Shown: positions 40,354 to 49,724, counted from the first letter of the stretch. The stretch: DNA of 64,000 nucleotides from Parasphingorhabdus sp. (GCF_048269915.1 NZ_JBLWTY010000002.1:272449-336448), one strand, 5' to 3'. The notes: generated by a model not told the origin, from the sequence alone. Numbers and translations are program-made.

Positions 40354-41454
40354 ATGCGTTTGGCAGTACTGACCGGCGGCGGCGATGTGCCCGGCCTTAA
40401 CCCCTGTATCCAGTCGATTGCGACATCAGCATGGCAGCGCGGCTGGGATGTTGTTGGTCTGCGCCGTGGCTGGGAAGGTGTGCTGGAGATTGACCCTGCC
40501 GATCCCTGGGCGTCAGGAAATAGCGTGATGATGCTCGATCAGGACCGGGTGCGCGGTATCGACCGGCAGGGTGGTACGATCCTGCACAGCTCGCGCCGCG
40601 ACCCGCGCGTGACAGACAAGGGTGACCAGACGCAAAAGGTGCTCGATATACTCGACGCGCTCGCCGTGGATGTGCTGATCACCATGGGTGGTGACGGCAC
40701 ACTGCGCTTCTCGGCCCATTTGTCCAGCCTCGGTCGCAATGTCATTTCCATTCCCAAGACGATGGACAATGATGTTCACGGCACGGACTATTGCATCGGC
40801 TTTTCGACTGCGGTCACCCGCTCGGTGCAGGCGATCAACTCGCTCCGGACAACGGCGGCGAGCCATGAGCGGATCGCGGTGATCGAGCTGTTCGGCCGCC
40901 GCTCCGGCGAAACCGCGCTGCTATCCGGTTTTCTCTCTCAGGCTGACCGGACAGTGATTGCGGAGGTCCCCGCCGATATGGACATTCTGCTGCCGCTGTT
41001 GCTCAAGGACAAGCAGGCCAATCCCGAATCCTATGCAGTATGCCTGGTATCCGAGGGGGCCCGGCTTTCCGGTTCGACGGACTATGCCGATGAAATCAAC
41101 AAGTCGAACACCAGCCGCGATGGCCTCAATATCGGTACGCAGCTGGCGCGGGAAATAGAGGCACGCAGCGACGAGCGTACCATTGTTCAGGAACTTGCCT
41201 ATCTGATGCGGGCGGGCGAGCCGGATGCGATGGATAGGATGGTCGGTTTTGCCTTCGGTGCGCTGGCGGTGCAGCTGATCGAGCAGGACCGGATGGCCAA
41301 TATGGTCTGCCTCACCGATGGCAATTATGGTGTCGTACCGATTGGAACGCTGCTTGAGGATACCAAGGGCGTGAATGTGTCTGGCCTCTATGATGCCAAT
41401 CAATATCGCGCCAATCTGGTACAGGTGGAAGGCATGCCGATGTTCCTCTATTGA
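40354..41454 (+). CDS. pfk: 6-phosphofructokinase (phosphoryl donor uncertain)
   Basis: ATG 40354 after GGGAGA. GGGDVPGLN, MGGDGT and PKTMDNDV. Confidence 0.88.
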   Translation: MRLAVLTGGGDVPGLNPCIQSIATSAWQRGWDVVGLRRGWEGVLEIDPADPWASGNSVMMLDQDRVRGIDRQGGTILHSSRRDPRVTDKGDQTQKVLDILDALAVDVLITMGGDGTLRFSAHLSSLGRNVISIPKTMDNDVHGTDYCIGFSTAVTRSVQAINSLRTTAASHERIAVIELFGRRSGETALLSGFLSQADRTVIAEVPADMDILLPLLLKDKQANPESYAVCLVSEGARLSGSTDYADEINKSNTSRDGLNIGTQLAREIEARSDERTIVQELAYLMRAGEPDAMDRMVGFAFGALAVQLIEQDRMANMVCLTDGNYGVVPIGTLLEDTKGVNVSGLYDANQYRANLVQVEGMPMFLY

Positions 41455-41494
41455 GAGGCAGCTTGGCCAGATATCCGTCGGCTAGACGGCAAGA

Positions 41495-42199
41495 CTAGAT
41501 CAACCCCCTTGACCGGAATGACGTGTGGCCGTTCTTGCCGATGATGATGTGATCATGCACGGCGATGTCTAGCGTTCTTCCTGCGTCGCAGATATTTTTG
41601 GTAATCGCTATATCCTGACGGCTGGGGCTGCTGTCGCCACTTGGATGATTGTGGACCAGAATGATCGCCGTCGACCCCAAGACCAGTGCGCGCCGGATGA
41701 CTTCGCGTGTATAGATTGCCGCCTGATCAACCGACCCTTCGCTGACCAGTTCATCGCGGATCAGCCGGTTCTTGCTATCGAGATGCAAAACCCGCACCCG
41801 CTCATGGACGAGATGCGCCATGTCGGCGCGTAAATAATCTAGCAGAGCTTGCCAGCTGCTCAGGATGGGTTGTTGCCGCACCGGCTCCGAGATGAGCCGC
41901 AGCGCTGCAATCTGGACGACCTTTAGTGCAGCCACGCTGGTTTCACCGAGACCGGGGAAGTTTCTAAGCCTGTCGCTATCGCCGGTTAAAAGAGTGGAAA
42001 AGTTCCCAAATTCTTCGATCAACTGCTTTGCGAGGGGCTTTGTATCGCGGCGCGGTATAGCCAGTGCCAGCAGATATTCGACCAATTCGTGATCGTGCAA
42101 CCCATCGGGCTGTCCGGTCAAAATGCGATGACGCAGACGTGCGCGATGGCCGCCGCGGTAATGGGGTGAGTCCAATTGAGTTTCATGCCCTATGACCAT
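41495..42199 (-). CDS. radC: RadC-family JAB/MPN-domain protein
   Basis: GHRARLRHR at the N-terminus and JAMM motif HNHPSGDSSPSRQD. The start is ATG 42199 or TTG 42226. Confidence 0.85.
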   Translation of the reverse strand: MVIGHETQLDSPHYRGGHRARLRHRILTGQPDGLHDHELVEYLLALAIPRRDTKPLAKQLIEEFGNFSTLLTGDSDRLRNFPGLGETSVAALKVVQIAALRLISEPVRQQPILSSWQALLDYLRADMAHLVHERVRVLHLDSKNRLIRDELVSEGSVDQAAIYTREVIRRALVLGSTAIILVHNHPSGDSSPSRQDIAITKNICDAGRTLDIAVHDHIIIGKNGHTSFRSRGLI

Positions 42200-42348
42200 G
42201 GAGTTCTTATAATCAGAACAAAGCAAGAACTAGGTCGATAACCGAAAATCAGTCCGGAAATGTCCAGTCTCGATTCCGGACGCTTAAACTGGCCACTAGC
42301 AACACTTGTACATTGCAACTTAACACAGACTTCTGCATTTCAATCGCA

Positions 42349-45300
42349 ATGGATGAAGAAATCGCCAATGACCCTATCGGTCGCCGCTCCCGGTTTCGAC
42401 TGTTCGGCGGGATATTGCTTGTTCTGATTCTGCTTGGCCTGATTGCCCTCTGGGTCAGCCGGACAACTCTCGCCGACAATGTCATCCAGTCGGAGCTCGA
42501 TAGCATGGGCGTTACCGCAAGCTATGAAATCGAGGATATCGGTCTACGCAAACAAGTGATCCGTAACCTGGTCATCGGGAATCCGGAAAATCCGGACCTG
42601 ACCGCTACGCTGGTCGAAGTCGGCAACTCCCTGTCCCTTGGAGGGCTTGGTATAAACTGGGTGAAGGCAAGCGGCGTCAAGCTGTTCGGCAGGTTGGACA
42701 ATGGCAGGCTCACGTTCGGCGAGCTCGACAAATTCACCGATCCCGATGATGACAGCCCGCTGGCGCTGCCCGATATTTGGCTAGGGCTTTCAGACGCGAA
42801 GCTCCGTATCGACAGCGAATATGGTGCAATAGGTCTCGCGCTTAACGGTGCAGGAGAGTTGCAGGGCGGTTTTCAGGGCGAGGTCGCCGCTATCAGCCAT
42901 AATCTCACAGTGGCCGGCTGTGCGGTGAAGAGACCCAGTTTTTTCGGCGAAATCGCGATGCGTGGCAAAAAACCGCATCTTGAAGGCCCGCTCCGTTTGC
43001 CGGATATTTCATGCGCCAGCCAGGACCTGAATGCTGAAGATTTTGCCGCGCAGCTTGTGGCTGATGTGGGAGACGACTTGGCCAGTTGGTCCGGCAATAT
43101 CGGCTTGATCGGCGGCCCGCTCCGTTATGCCGATTATGCCAGTCAGGAAATCAAGGCGTCAATCGATCTGACGGGTGATTTCAATCAGACCGGCGGCGAT
43201 ATCGATCTGACCGCAAGCGGCTTGCGATCGCCTTATGGTCGCGCGGATATTTCACAGATCAGAGGTCCGTTCACGCTGGGCTATGGTGGTGAGCAGATGA
43301 CAGCCAGTTTCACTGGGCAACCAGAAATTCGCGGCGTTCGTGTGGCGCAGAATCTTTTGCGGCAGGCCGACAGCCTGTCTGATGCAGCTGCAGGAACACC
43401 TGCCGGGCCCATCGCTGCCAAGCTGGCGAAAGCCATTCAACTGGCAGGAAATCAACTCAATCTGTCGAGTGATGTGAAATTTGCGCTCAACTCCGGAAGG
43501 ACAACGCTTGCATTCGACACACTTGCCGTTCGCTCGCGATCCGGTGCCCGTCTGACCCTGAGCGATCCACTGCTATTCGCCTTTACCGACAAGAATATCA
43601 CGATACTCGCCGAAGGTCCTGTCCGGCTTGCAGGCGGTGGCTTCCCGAGCGCCAATCTGGTGCTCAGTGACGGTAGCCTGTCGCGCGGCTTTTCCGGCCG
43701 GCTGGAAATGGCGAGCTATCAGGCTGGGTCGGCACAGCTGAAAATACCGACGCTGGCTTTCTCTCCTACCCGTCGGGGCGGAACGAATATTGACGGACGG
43801 ATCATCCTGACCGGGCCGCTTGGCGACGGCCAGATTACCGGACTGCAAGTGCCGGTGAGTGGCAATGTCGAGCGGAATGGAGATTTTACGTTGTTCCGCG
43901 CTTGTATCAACCTGCAATTTGCCAGCCTGCGAACGGCTTCGTTAAACGCTGGACCGACCAGTGCGCGGCTATGTCCGCAAGGCAATGCGATCGTCAACGG
44001 CAGCCGGTCAGGCATAAATGTCGCGGCCAAGACACCTTCGCTCAATTTCAAGGGTGACCTGGGCGGTACGCCATTATCGATTACCAGCGGTGCGCTTGGG
44101 TTTTCGTTGAGAGACGGGCTGAAGGCGCGGGATGTCGGAATCCGCTTGGGCGCACCGGACAATATGACAAGTCTGGACATGGCGGTGTTGAACGCGGCTT
44201 TTGGCCAGTCTTTGACCGGACGTATCGAAGGCGCCTCGGGACAGGTGGCCAATGTCCCGCTGCTGATGGAGAAAATCGACGGCGAGTGGCGCTATGAAAA
44301 GGGCGAATTTCTGGCCGATGCCAGCTTGCGAGTCCGTGACGAGCAACCAGTGGAACGCTTCCGTCCTTTGATCAGCAACGACGTCAAATTGCGCTTTGAC
44401 GGTCGTGTCCTTTCTGCAACCGGCTGGCTGCGCGAGCCGGAAACCCTGACCGCCGTCGCGGCAATTGATATTGTCCATGATTTGAACGAGAGCGAGGGCA
44501 GGGCGCTGATCGACGTCGAGTCGCTAAGCTTCAATAACCGGCTGCAACCCGAACAGCTGACTCCGCTGACGCTGGGCGTCATCGCCAATGTGCAGGGAGA
44601 AATATCGGGCACCGGACGGATTCACTGGGATGATTCCGAAGACGGTATCCAAAGTACCGGTACTTTTCGTACCCACGGCATGAACCTGGCAGCCGCCTTC
44701 GGCCCGGTAACCGGCCTGTCGGGCGAGATTAAATTCTCCGATCTGCTCGCACTGGAAACCGGTCCCGGCCAGATCGTGAAACTGGCCGAGGTCAATCCGG
44801 GCGTGGCCGTGTTCACCGGACAAATCCGTTATCGCCTGCTGCCGGACTATAAAATGCAGGTCGAAGGAGGAGAATGGCCGTTTGCTGGTGGCAAGCTTTA
44901 CCTCGAACCGACGATTCTTGATCTCAGCGAGGAAGCGGAGCGGCGTCTGCAATTCACCGTGGAAGGGGTGGATGCCGCCCAGTTTTTGACCCAGTTTGAT
45001 TTCGAAAATTTGACCGCGACAGGGGTGTTTGACGGCAAATTGCCGATGGTTTTTGATCAGGATGGCGGCCGTATTGTTGGCGGTTATCTGGTGGCGCGGG
45101 AAGGGGGCGGCTCGCTCGCCTATGTCGGCGAGCTTACCTACGAAGATATGGGGACGATGGCCAATTTTGCCTTCAACGCGCTTAAATCGATCAAATATAG
45201 GAATCTCACCATCGGCATGGATGGCGACATTGCGGGCGAAATCATTACCGAAGTAAAATTTGCGGGGTTGCAACAGGGTGATGGTGCGAGCCGCAATTTT

Positions 45301-45492
45301 ATCACCAGGCAACTCGCGCGCATTCCGCTTGAATTCAATGTCCGGATCCAGGCGCCCTTCATGCAGTTAATGAGCAGTGCCAAATCCTATTATGAGCCCG
45401 AAATATTGGTTGGGCAGAACCTGCCAGCGCTATTGCGGGCGCAGGAGGCGCGGGCAAAGGCGGCGGTGAAGGTTCTTGAAGATGATGAATAG
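42349..45492 (+). CDS. ydbH: YdbH-family AsmA-like envelope-spanning protein
   Basis: ATG 42349 and an N-terminal TM anchor (FGGILLVLILLGLIALWV). About 1047 aa of repetitive beta-rich sequence with a conserved C-terminal block (LPMVFDQDGGRIVGGYL...MDGDIAGEIITEV). Followed by ynbE and ydbL. Confidence 0.85.
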   Translation: MDEEIANDPIGRRSRFRLFGGILLVLILLGLIALWVSRTTLADNVIQSELDSMGVTASYEIEDIGLRKQVIRNLVIGNPENPDLTATLVEVGNSLSLGGLGINWVKASGVKLFGRLDNGRLTFGELDKFTDPDDDSPLALPDIWLGLSDAKLRIDSEYGAIGLALNGAGELQGGFQGEVAAISHNLTVAGCAVKRPSFFGEIAMRGKKPHLEGPLRLPDISCASQDLNAEDFAAQLVADVGDDLASWSGNIGLIGGPLRYADYASQEIKASIDLTGDFNQTGGDIDLTASGLRSPYGRADISQIRGPFTLGYGGEQMTASFTGQPEIRGVRVAQNLLRQADSLSDAAAGTPAGPIAAKLAKAIQLAGNQLNLSSDVKFALNSGRTTLAFDTLAVRSRSGARLTLSDPLLFAFTDKNITILAEGPVRLAGGGFPSANLVLSDGSLSRGFSGRLEMASYQAGSAQLKIPTLAFSPTRRGGTNIDGRIILTGPLGDGQITGLQVPVSGNVERNGDFTLFRACINLQFASLRTASLNAGPTSARLCPQGNAIVNGSRSGINVAAKTPSLNFKGDLGGTPLSITSGALGFSLRDGLKARDVGIRLGAPDNMTSLDMAVLNAAFGQSLTGRIEGASGQVANVPLLMEKIDGEWRYEKGEFLADASLRVRDEQPVERFRPLISNDVKLRFDGRVLSATGWLREPETLTAVAAIDIVHDLNESEGRALIDVESLSFNNRLQPEQLTPLTLGVIANVQGEISGTGRIHWDDSEDGIQSTGTFRTHGMNLAAAFGPVTGLSGEIKFSDLLALETGPGQIVKLAEVNPGVAVFTGQIRYRLLPDYKMQVEGGEWPFAGGKLYLEPTILDLSEEAERRLQFTVEGVDAAQFLTQFDFENLTATGVFDGKLPMVFDQDGGRIVGGYLVAREGGGSLAYVGELTYEDMGTMANFAFNALKSIKYRNLTIGMDGDIAGEIITEVKFAGLQQGDGASRNFITRQLARIPLEFNVRIQAPFMQLMSSAKSYYEPEILVGQNLPALLRAQEARAKAAVKVLEDDE

Positions 45493-45574
45493 TCCATTCA
45501 GCCGGGGGAAAGCGACGATGCTTTATCAGACAAGTCAATTGACGGATCGATCATATGGTGCGATTCGCCCTGTT

Positions 45575-45760
45575 ATGAGGAGTTTAACCACCGCTGGTCT
45601 TGTTTTTGGGGCATTGATCGGGCTTTCGGCCTGTGTGCAGGTAACTGCGCCGGACAAGCCGATTGTCATCAACCTCAATATCAACATTAAGCAGGAAGTC
45701 GTGCATCGCCTCGACGGCGATGCAAAGGATTTAATCAACGAGGAAGCGGATATTTTCTAA
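45575..45760 (+). CDS. ynbE: YnbE-family small lipoprotein
   Basis: 61 aa from ATG 45575 with lipobox LSAC and PIVINLNINIKQEV. An alternative ATG at 45518 has a better RBS. Confidence 0.8.
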   Translation: MRSLTTAGLVFGALIGLSACVQVTAPDKPIVINLNINIKQEVVHRLDGDAKDLINEEADIF

Positions 45761-46155
45761 TGTTTGAATATACAAAGAAAAACAAGGCTTTAGCTATCAT
45801 TGGCGGACTGGTTTTGACGGCGGTTGTTGCTGTGCCTGTCATGGCGCAACGCGATCCAGCCTATGAAGCGGCGCGGTCATCCGGGGCTATTGGCGAGAAG
45901 CCGGATGGTTATCTCGGCTATGTCACTTCGCCATCACCCGCGATCAAGGCTCTGGTCGAGGATATCAATATCAAGCGCAAGGCGGCCTATACTCGCAAGG
46001 CGCAGGAAACCAATTCGACGGTCGAGCAATTTGCTTTCACTTCGGGCTGCAACCTGATCATGCGGACCGTCCCCGGCGAGAAATACCAGACGCCAGCCGG
46101 AACCTGGAACACACGGGATAGCTCCGATCCAGTGCGGGATTCTCGCTGCCCCTGA
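45760..46155 (+). CDS. ydbL: YdbL/DUF1318-family periplasmic protein
   Basis: The start overlaps the ynbE stop. Signal peptide, then GAIGEKPDGYLGYV and INIKRKAAY. Confidence 0.8.
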   Translation: MFEYTKKNKALAIIGGLVLTAVVAVPVMAQRDPAYEAARSSGAIGEKPDGYLGYVTSPSPAIKALVEDINIKRKAAYTRKAQETNSTVEQFAFTSGCNLIMRTVPGEKYQTPAGTWNTRDSSDPVRDSRCP

Positions 46156-46178
46156 GCCGGTTCAAGATTAATGAGGAC

Positions 46179-46214
46179 AAAAAGGCGCGCCGGCCATGCT
46201 GACGCGCCTTTTTT
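46179..46214. terminator. Bidirectional rho-independent terminator between ydbL and the convergent CDF gene
   Basis: An A run, aggcgcg, a 13-nt loop, cgcgcct, then a T run. Confidence 0.75.
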
Positions 46215-46362
46215 ATCGGGATGTCGCCCGGTTGCGCCATCGTTCACGGCCATTGCCACCCAGTATGCAGCCGGATAACAATCCATAATCCCGTTCGGGA
46301 TCATGGGATTTTAGGACGGCCAATCCCGTCAGGCGATGCTTCCGCTCTCGATTGATCCCGTG

Positions 46363-47331
46363 TCATTTGCCATCGGGCGGTCGCTGTGAACTCATTTCGC
46401 CGGCGGCAATGGCCGTCGCATGATGCTGCCGCCAGCTTTGTGCTTCGATGAAAATCCGTTTCACTTGCGGGAAGGCTGCTTTGATCCGCTTTTCAAAATC
46501 GGTGATCGCCTGTTCCACCTTGTCGGCGGTCAGGTGATCATCAAAGTCGACACTGGCGGCGAGCAATATGTCTTCCGGCCCCATATGCATGGTCAATATT
46601 TCGTTCAGTCCGGTGATGCGGCTGTCACCGGACACCACGGCACGGATGCCGGCAACCACTTCGGGGGACGCGCCTTCCCCGATCAGCAGGCCCTTGCTCT
46701 CAAAAGCCAGCAACAATGCAACGAACGCCAGTACGATACCGATGCCGATCGAGGCAATGCCATCGAGTATCGGCAGGTCAAAATATTGGGCCGAGAAAAT
46801 CCCGGCAAAGGCGATGATCAGGCCCAGCATTGCCGCGCTGTCCTCGAATAATATTGTGAAAACAGTCGGATCTTTGGAGTTGCGGATAGCTGCAAACCAT
46901 GACTGGTTGCCCTTTGTCCGCTGAAACTCGCGAAAGGCCACCCACCAGGCCGCCCCTTCGAAAACCATCGCCAAAGCCAGAACAGCATAGGTCCATTCCG
47001 GTGATTCCACCGGATGGGGGTGATAGAGGCTTTGCACGCCTTCGTAGATCGAAATGCCGGAGCCTACCGCAAAAATCAGAATGGCGACCACGAAGGTCCA
47101 GAAATATAATTCCATCCCATAGCCAAAAGGATGTTTTTTGTCTGGTGGTCGAACCGCGCGCTTCAGGCCGAACAGGAGCAACAACTGGTTGCCGCTGTCG
47201 ACCACCGAATGCACGCCTTCGCTGAACATTGCGGAACTGCCGGTGAAGGAAGCTGCTATAAATTTGGAAATGGCGATCAGGCTGTTACCTGCCAATGCCG
47301 CGTATATTACCGTTTTTGATCCTGAAGCCAT
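46363..47331 (-). CDS. Cation diffusion facilitator (CDF) family metal efflux transporter
   Basis: ATG 47331 (MASGSKTVIYAAL...). SEGVHSVVDSGNQ and FGYGMELYFW. The 138-codon upstream extension in the track was rejected. Confidence 0.88.
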   Translation of the reverse strand: MASGSKTVIYAALAGNSLIAISKFIAASFTGSSAMFSEGVHSVVDSGNQLLLLFGLKRAVRPPDKKHPFGYGMELYFWTFVVAILIFAVGSGISIYEGVQSLYHPHPVESPEWTYAVLALAMVFEGAAWWVAFREFQRTKGNQSWFAAIRNSKDPTVFTILFEDSAAMLGLIIAFAGIFSAQYFDLPILDGIASIGIGIVLAFVALLLAFESKGLLIGEGASPEVVAGIRAVVSGDSRITGLNEILTMHMGPEDILLAASVDFDDHLTADKVEQAITDFEKRIKAAFPQVKRIFIEAQSWRQHHATAIAAGEMSSQRPPDGK

Positions 47332-47634
47332 AAACAACGCAACCCTCTTGCACGCAACACAGCTCTTCACGACAATCCTCCGCACGTCAAGAAATCGGGT
47401 CGGGTTTGCAGTGGCGGGACGGACCGGACCTATGTTCGTGCATCCCGGCCGTTTCGGCGCAAATGGGGAGAGCATAGCCTGTGAAAATGCTCTCCTAATC
47501 CCACAAAATTCTGCATCGCTGCATCGCTGTTGACTTGCTCGCCATGCTTTCCTAAACGGACCGCGCCTTGGCGGGTCGGCCTGCTGGTGTTTGTGGCTCT
47601 TTCTGGCACTCTTCGGGGGGTTTAAGGGACTATA

Positions 47635-47985
47635 ATGGCAGCAAGCGAATCTGATCGGGATCCCCTCGAAGAGGATGTGCGGGTTTCGTCGCTGGAAGAG
47701 CGACTGGAAGCGGCACAGAATAGAGAGCGGGTCAAAGCGGGGCACCGGAGCAAAGGGCCAGACGAAAGTCAGCGGCTCGGTGCAAGGGTGCTAAGTTATC
47801 TGATCGGAGGCGTGGCTGCCGGTTTTCTTCTTGGGTGGCTGTTTGACACCTGGCTGGAAACGACGCCTTTGTTCCTGTTGCTATTCTTCTTCCTTGGGGC
47901 GGGAGTAGCGTTCAGGAAAATTTATATGATTTCGAGCCAGCCGGTGGATGATATCGGCACGGCGTTACCAGATGATGACGATTGA
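47635..47985 (+). CDS. atpI: ATP synthase protein I (AtpI/AtpZ family)
   Basis: 116 aa with two C-terminal TM helices; first gene of the F0 cluster. Confidence 0.8.
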   Translation: MAASESDRDPLEEDVRVSSLEERLEAAQNRERVKAGHRSKGPDESQRLGARVLSYLIGGVAAGFLLGWLFDTWLETTPLFLLLFFFLGAGVAFRKIYMISSQPVDDIGTALPDDDD

Positions 47986-48003
47986 CGATCAGGGGTTTAA
48001 TTA

Positions 48004-48783
48004 GTGGCTACCGAAGGCAAGATTGATCCTATGCACCAATTCGAAGTGCAGCCCATTTTTGATGGCTTCACTTTATTCGGTCAGCAGATCAGCTTCACTA
48101 ACAGCGCGCTTTGGATGTTTGTCGTCTTGGTGCTGCTCTATATATTCATGATGGGCGGAATGAAGCGCGAGCTGGTTCCTGGTCGCTGGCAGGTGATGGT
48201 TGAGGGTGTTGTCGGTTTTATCGACAATATTATCGCCAACAGCATCGGCCCCAATGGTAAGAAATATACGCCCTGGGTCTTTACCCTGTTCATGTTCATC
48301 CTGTTTTCCAACCTGCTTGGCATGATGCCCTTCGGGATCATACCCGGCATCCACCCGTTCACGGTCACCAGCCAGTTCACCGTTACCGGTCTGTTGGCAG
48401 CGATCAGCTTCTCGATCGTGCTGATCGTTGGTTTCTGGAAGCACGGCTTTAAATTTTTCAGCCTGTTCATTCCACATGGTACGCCGGTTTGGATGATGCC
48501 GCTGATTTTCTCGGTCGAATTGCTGTCTTTCCTTGTTCGTCCGTTCAGTCTCGCCTTGCGGCTGTTCGTCGCGATGATCGCCGGCCACATCCTGATCAAG
48601 GTGTTCGCAAGTTTTGTTGTTCAGGCCATTGACGCAGGGGGTGCCAGTTGGGGTATCGCGCTGCTCAGCATTCTCTTCATCGCCTTTGTCAGTGCGTTGG
48701 AGCTTCTGGTCTGTGCTATCCAGGCCTATGTTTTCGCTCTTCTCACGTCGCTGTATATTAGCGATGCGGAAAATCTTCACTAA
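48004..48783 (+). CDS. atpB: ATP synthase F0 subunit a
   Basis: GTG start, DPMHQFEV at the N-terminus, essential Arg in LALRLFVAMIAGH. Confidence 0.93.
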   Translation: MATEGKIDPMHQFEVQPIFDGFTLFGQQISFTNSALWMFVVLVLLYIFMMGGMKRELVPGRWQVMVEGVVGFIDNIIANSIGPNGKKYTPWVFTLFMFILFSNLLGMMPFGIIPGIHPFTVTSQFTVTGLLAAISFSIVLIVGFWKHGFKFFSLFIPHGTPVWMMPLIFSVELLSFLVRPFSLALRLFVAMIAGHILIKVFASFVVQAIDAGGASWGIALLSILFIAFVSALELLVCAIQAYVFALLTSLYISDAENLH

Positions 48784-48823
48784 GTCACTTTCAATCCTAG
48801 TTTTATAATACGGAGTTAACAAA

Positions 48824-49144
48824 ATGGATCTCGCTTCTGCACAAGTAATCGGCGCTGGTATCGCTGCAATCGGTATCGGTGTTGCTGCATCCGGTGTTGG
48901 TAATGTTTTCGCATCCTTCCTCGAAGGCGCTCTGCGCAACCCATCTGCGGCCGACGGCCAGCAGGGACGTCTGTTCATCGGCTTCGCTGCTGCTGAATTG
49001 CTCGGCCTGATCGCTTTCGCTGTTGCGATGATGATCCTCTACGCACCACCAGCGGCGACGCCGGTTGAAGTCATTGCTGCGGAAACAGCAGCCACTGATG
49101 CGCCTGTAGCTGAAGAAGCTCCGGCCGCTGCACCAGCTGAATAA
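48824..49144 (+). CDS. atpE: ATP synthase F0 subunit c with an unusual C-terminal extension
   Basis: The canonical hairpin runs to about residue 73 (ALRNP loop, proton-carrying Glu in FAAAELLGL). It is followed by APPAATPVEVIAAETAATDAPVAEEAPAAAPAE. Confidence 0.92.
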   Translation: MDLASAQVIGAGIAAIGIGVAASGVGNVFASFLEGALRNPSAADGQQGRLFIGFAAAELLGLIAFAVAMMILYAPPAATPVEVIAAETAATDAPVAEEAPAAAPAE

Positions 49145-49152
49145 TTTTGATG

Positions 49153-49175
49153 GCGGGTCGGCAGGTCCGACCCGC
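49153..49175 (+). other. Intercistronic GC hairpin between atpE and atpF'
   Basis: gcgggtcgg / caggt / ccgacccgc is a 9-bp perfect stem with no U tract. It could be a partial terminator or an mRNA-stability element. Confidence 0.5.
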
Positions 49176-49215
49176 GTCAAATTGCCTATTTGCGTTTCGA
49201 AACATCGGGTGAATA

Positions 49216-49701
49216 ATGCCTCAAATTAGTCAGCTTATGGAAGTCTACGGCAGCCAGTTTTTCTGGTTGCTGATCGTTATTGGTATCATCTATTTTGGCA
49301 TTGCCAAAAATATGGTGCCAAAGATCAGCAAGACTGTTGATGACCGTCAAAAGCGGATTTCCGATGACCTTGCCGCGGCGCAGGCCGGGCAGGACAAGGC
49401 TGAGCAGATTGAAGCCGATTATCGCGCGAGCATCAATGATGCACGCGCCGATGCAGTTGGCAAGGTAAGCGACGCCAAAGCCAAGGTCGCCAAAAAGAAT
49501 GAGGCCGCCATCAAGCGTGCGGATACCGCCATCGCGAAGAAAGCTAATGAAGCTGATGTTGCGCTGAAGGCGGCTCAAAGCAAAGCACTGTTGGAAATTG
49601 AAGCCGTTGCCGTTGATGCCGCTCAGGCTATTGTGAAAACGGTTTCCGGTGCCAAGGTTACGGCAACGGAAGCAAAGAAAGCGGTCAAGGCCGCTTTCTG
49701 A
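49216..49701 (+). CDS. atpF2: ATP synthase F0 subunit b'
   Basis: 161 aa with a single N-terminal TM helix and a long Ala/Lys-rich helix. Second b-type gene, typical of alphaproteobacteria. Confidence 0.88.
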   Translation: MPQISQLMEVYGSQFFWLLIVIGIIYFGIAKNMVPKISKTVDDRQKRISDDLAAAQAGQDKAEQIEADYRASINDARADAVGKVSDAKAKVAKKNEAAIKRADTAIAKKANEADVALKAAQSKALLEIEAVAVDAAQAIVKTVSGAKVTATEAKKAVKAAF

Positions 49702-49724
49702 GCGCCTGCTGAAGGAGATAGACT

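Noticed and set aside
41495-42226. radC as a marker of a mobile or defence island.
   Set aside because: There are no integrase, transposase, toxin-antitoxin or restriction genes nearby. It sits between pfk and the ydbH operon. I did not count GC here, and I saw no flanking repeats.
46216-46362. Possible small RNA in the ydbL-CDF spacer (GGGAT/ATCCC-rich hairpins such as ccataatccc-gttc-gggatcatgg).
   Set aside because: There is no recognisable promoter, and the region lies between a shared bidirectional terminator and the CDF stop, so it is most simply the CDF 3' UTR. Only RNA-seq could show otherwise.
47512-47530. Tandem ctgcatcg-ctgcatcg-ctg as a possible repeat array or CRISPR-like feature.
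   Set aside because: There are only two and a bit copies of an 8-mer in the cdf-atpI spacer, with no spacers and no cas genes. No CRISPR-like periodicity was noticed anywhere in the window.
47530-47558. Candidate atp-operon promoter TTGACT-N17-TAAACG.
   Set aside because: The -35 is good but the -10 is poor. This is too weak to list as a feature without TSS data.
47332-47745. 138-codon upstream extension of the CDF transporter ORF.
   Set aside because: The extension is Arg/Pro-rich with no TM segments and covers the divergent atpI promoter region and the atpI start. CDF homology begins at the internal ATG 47331.
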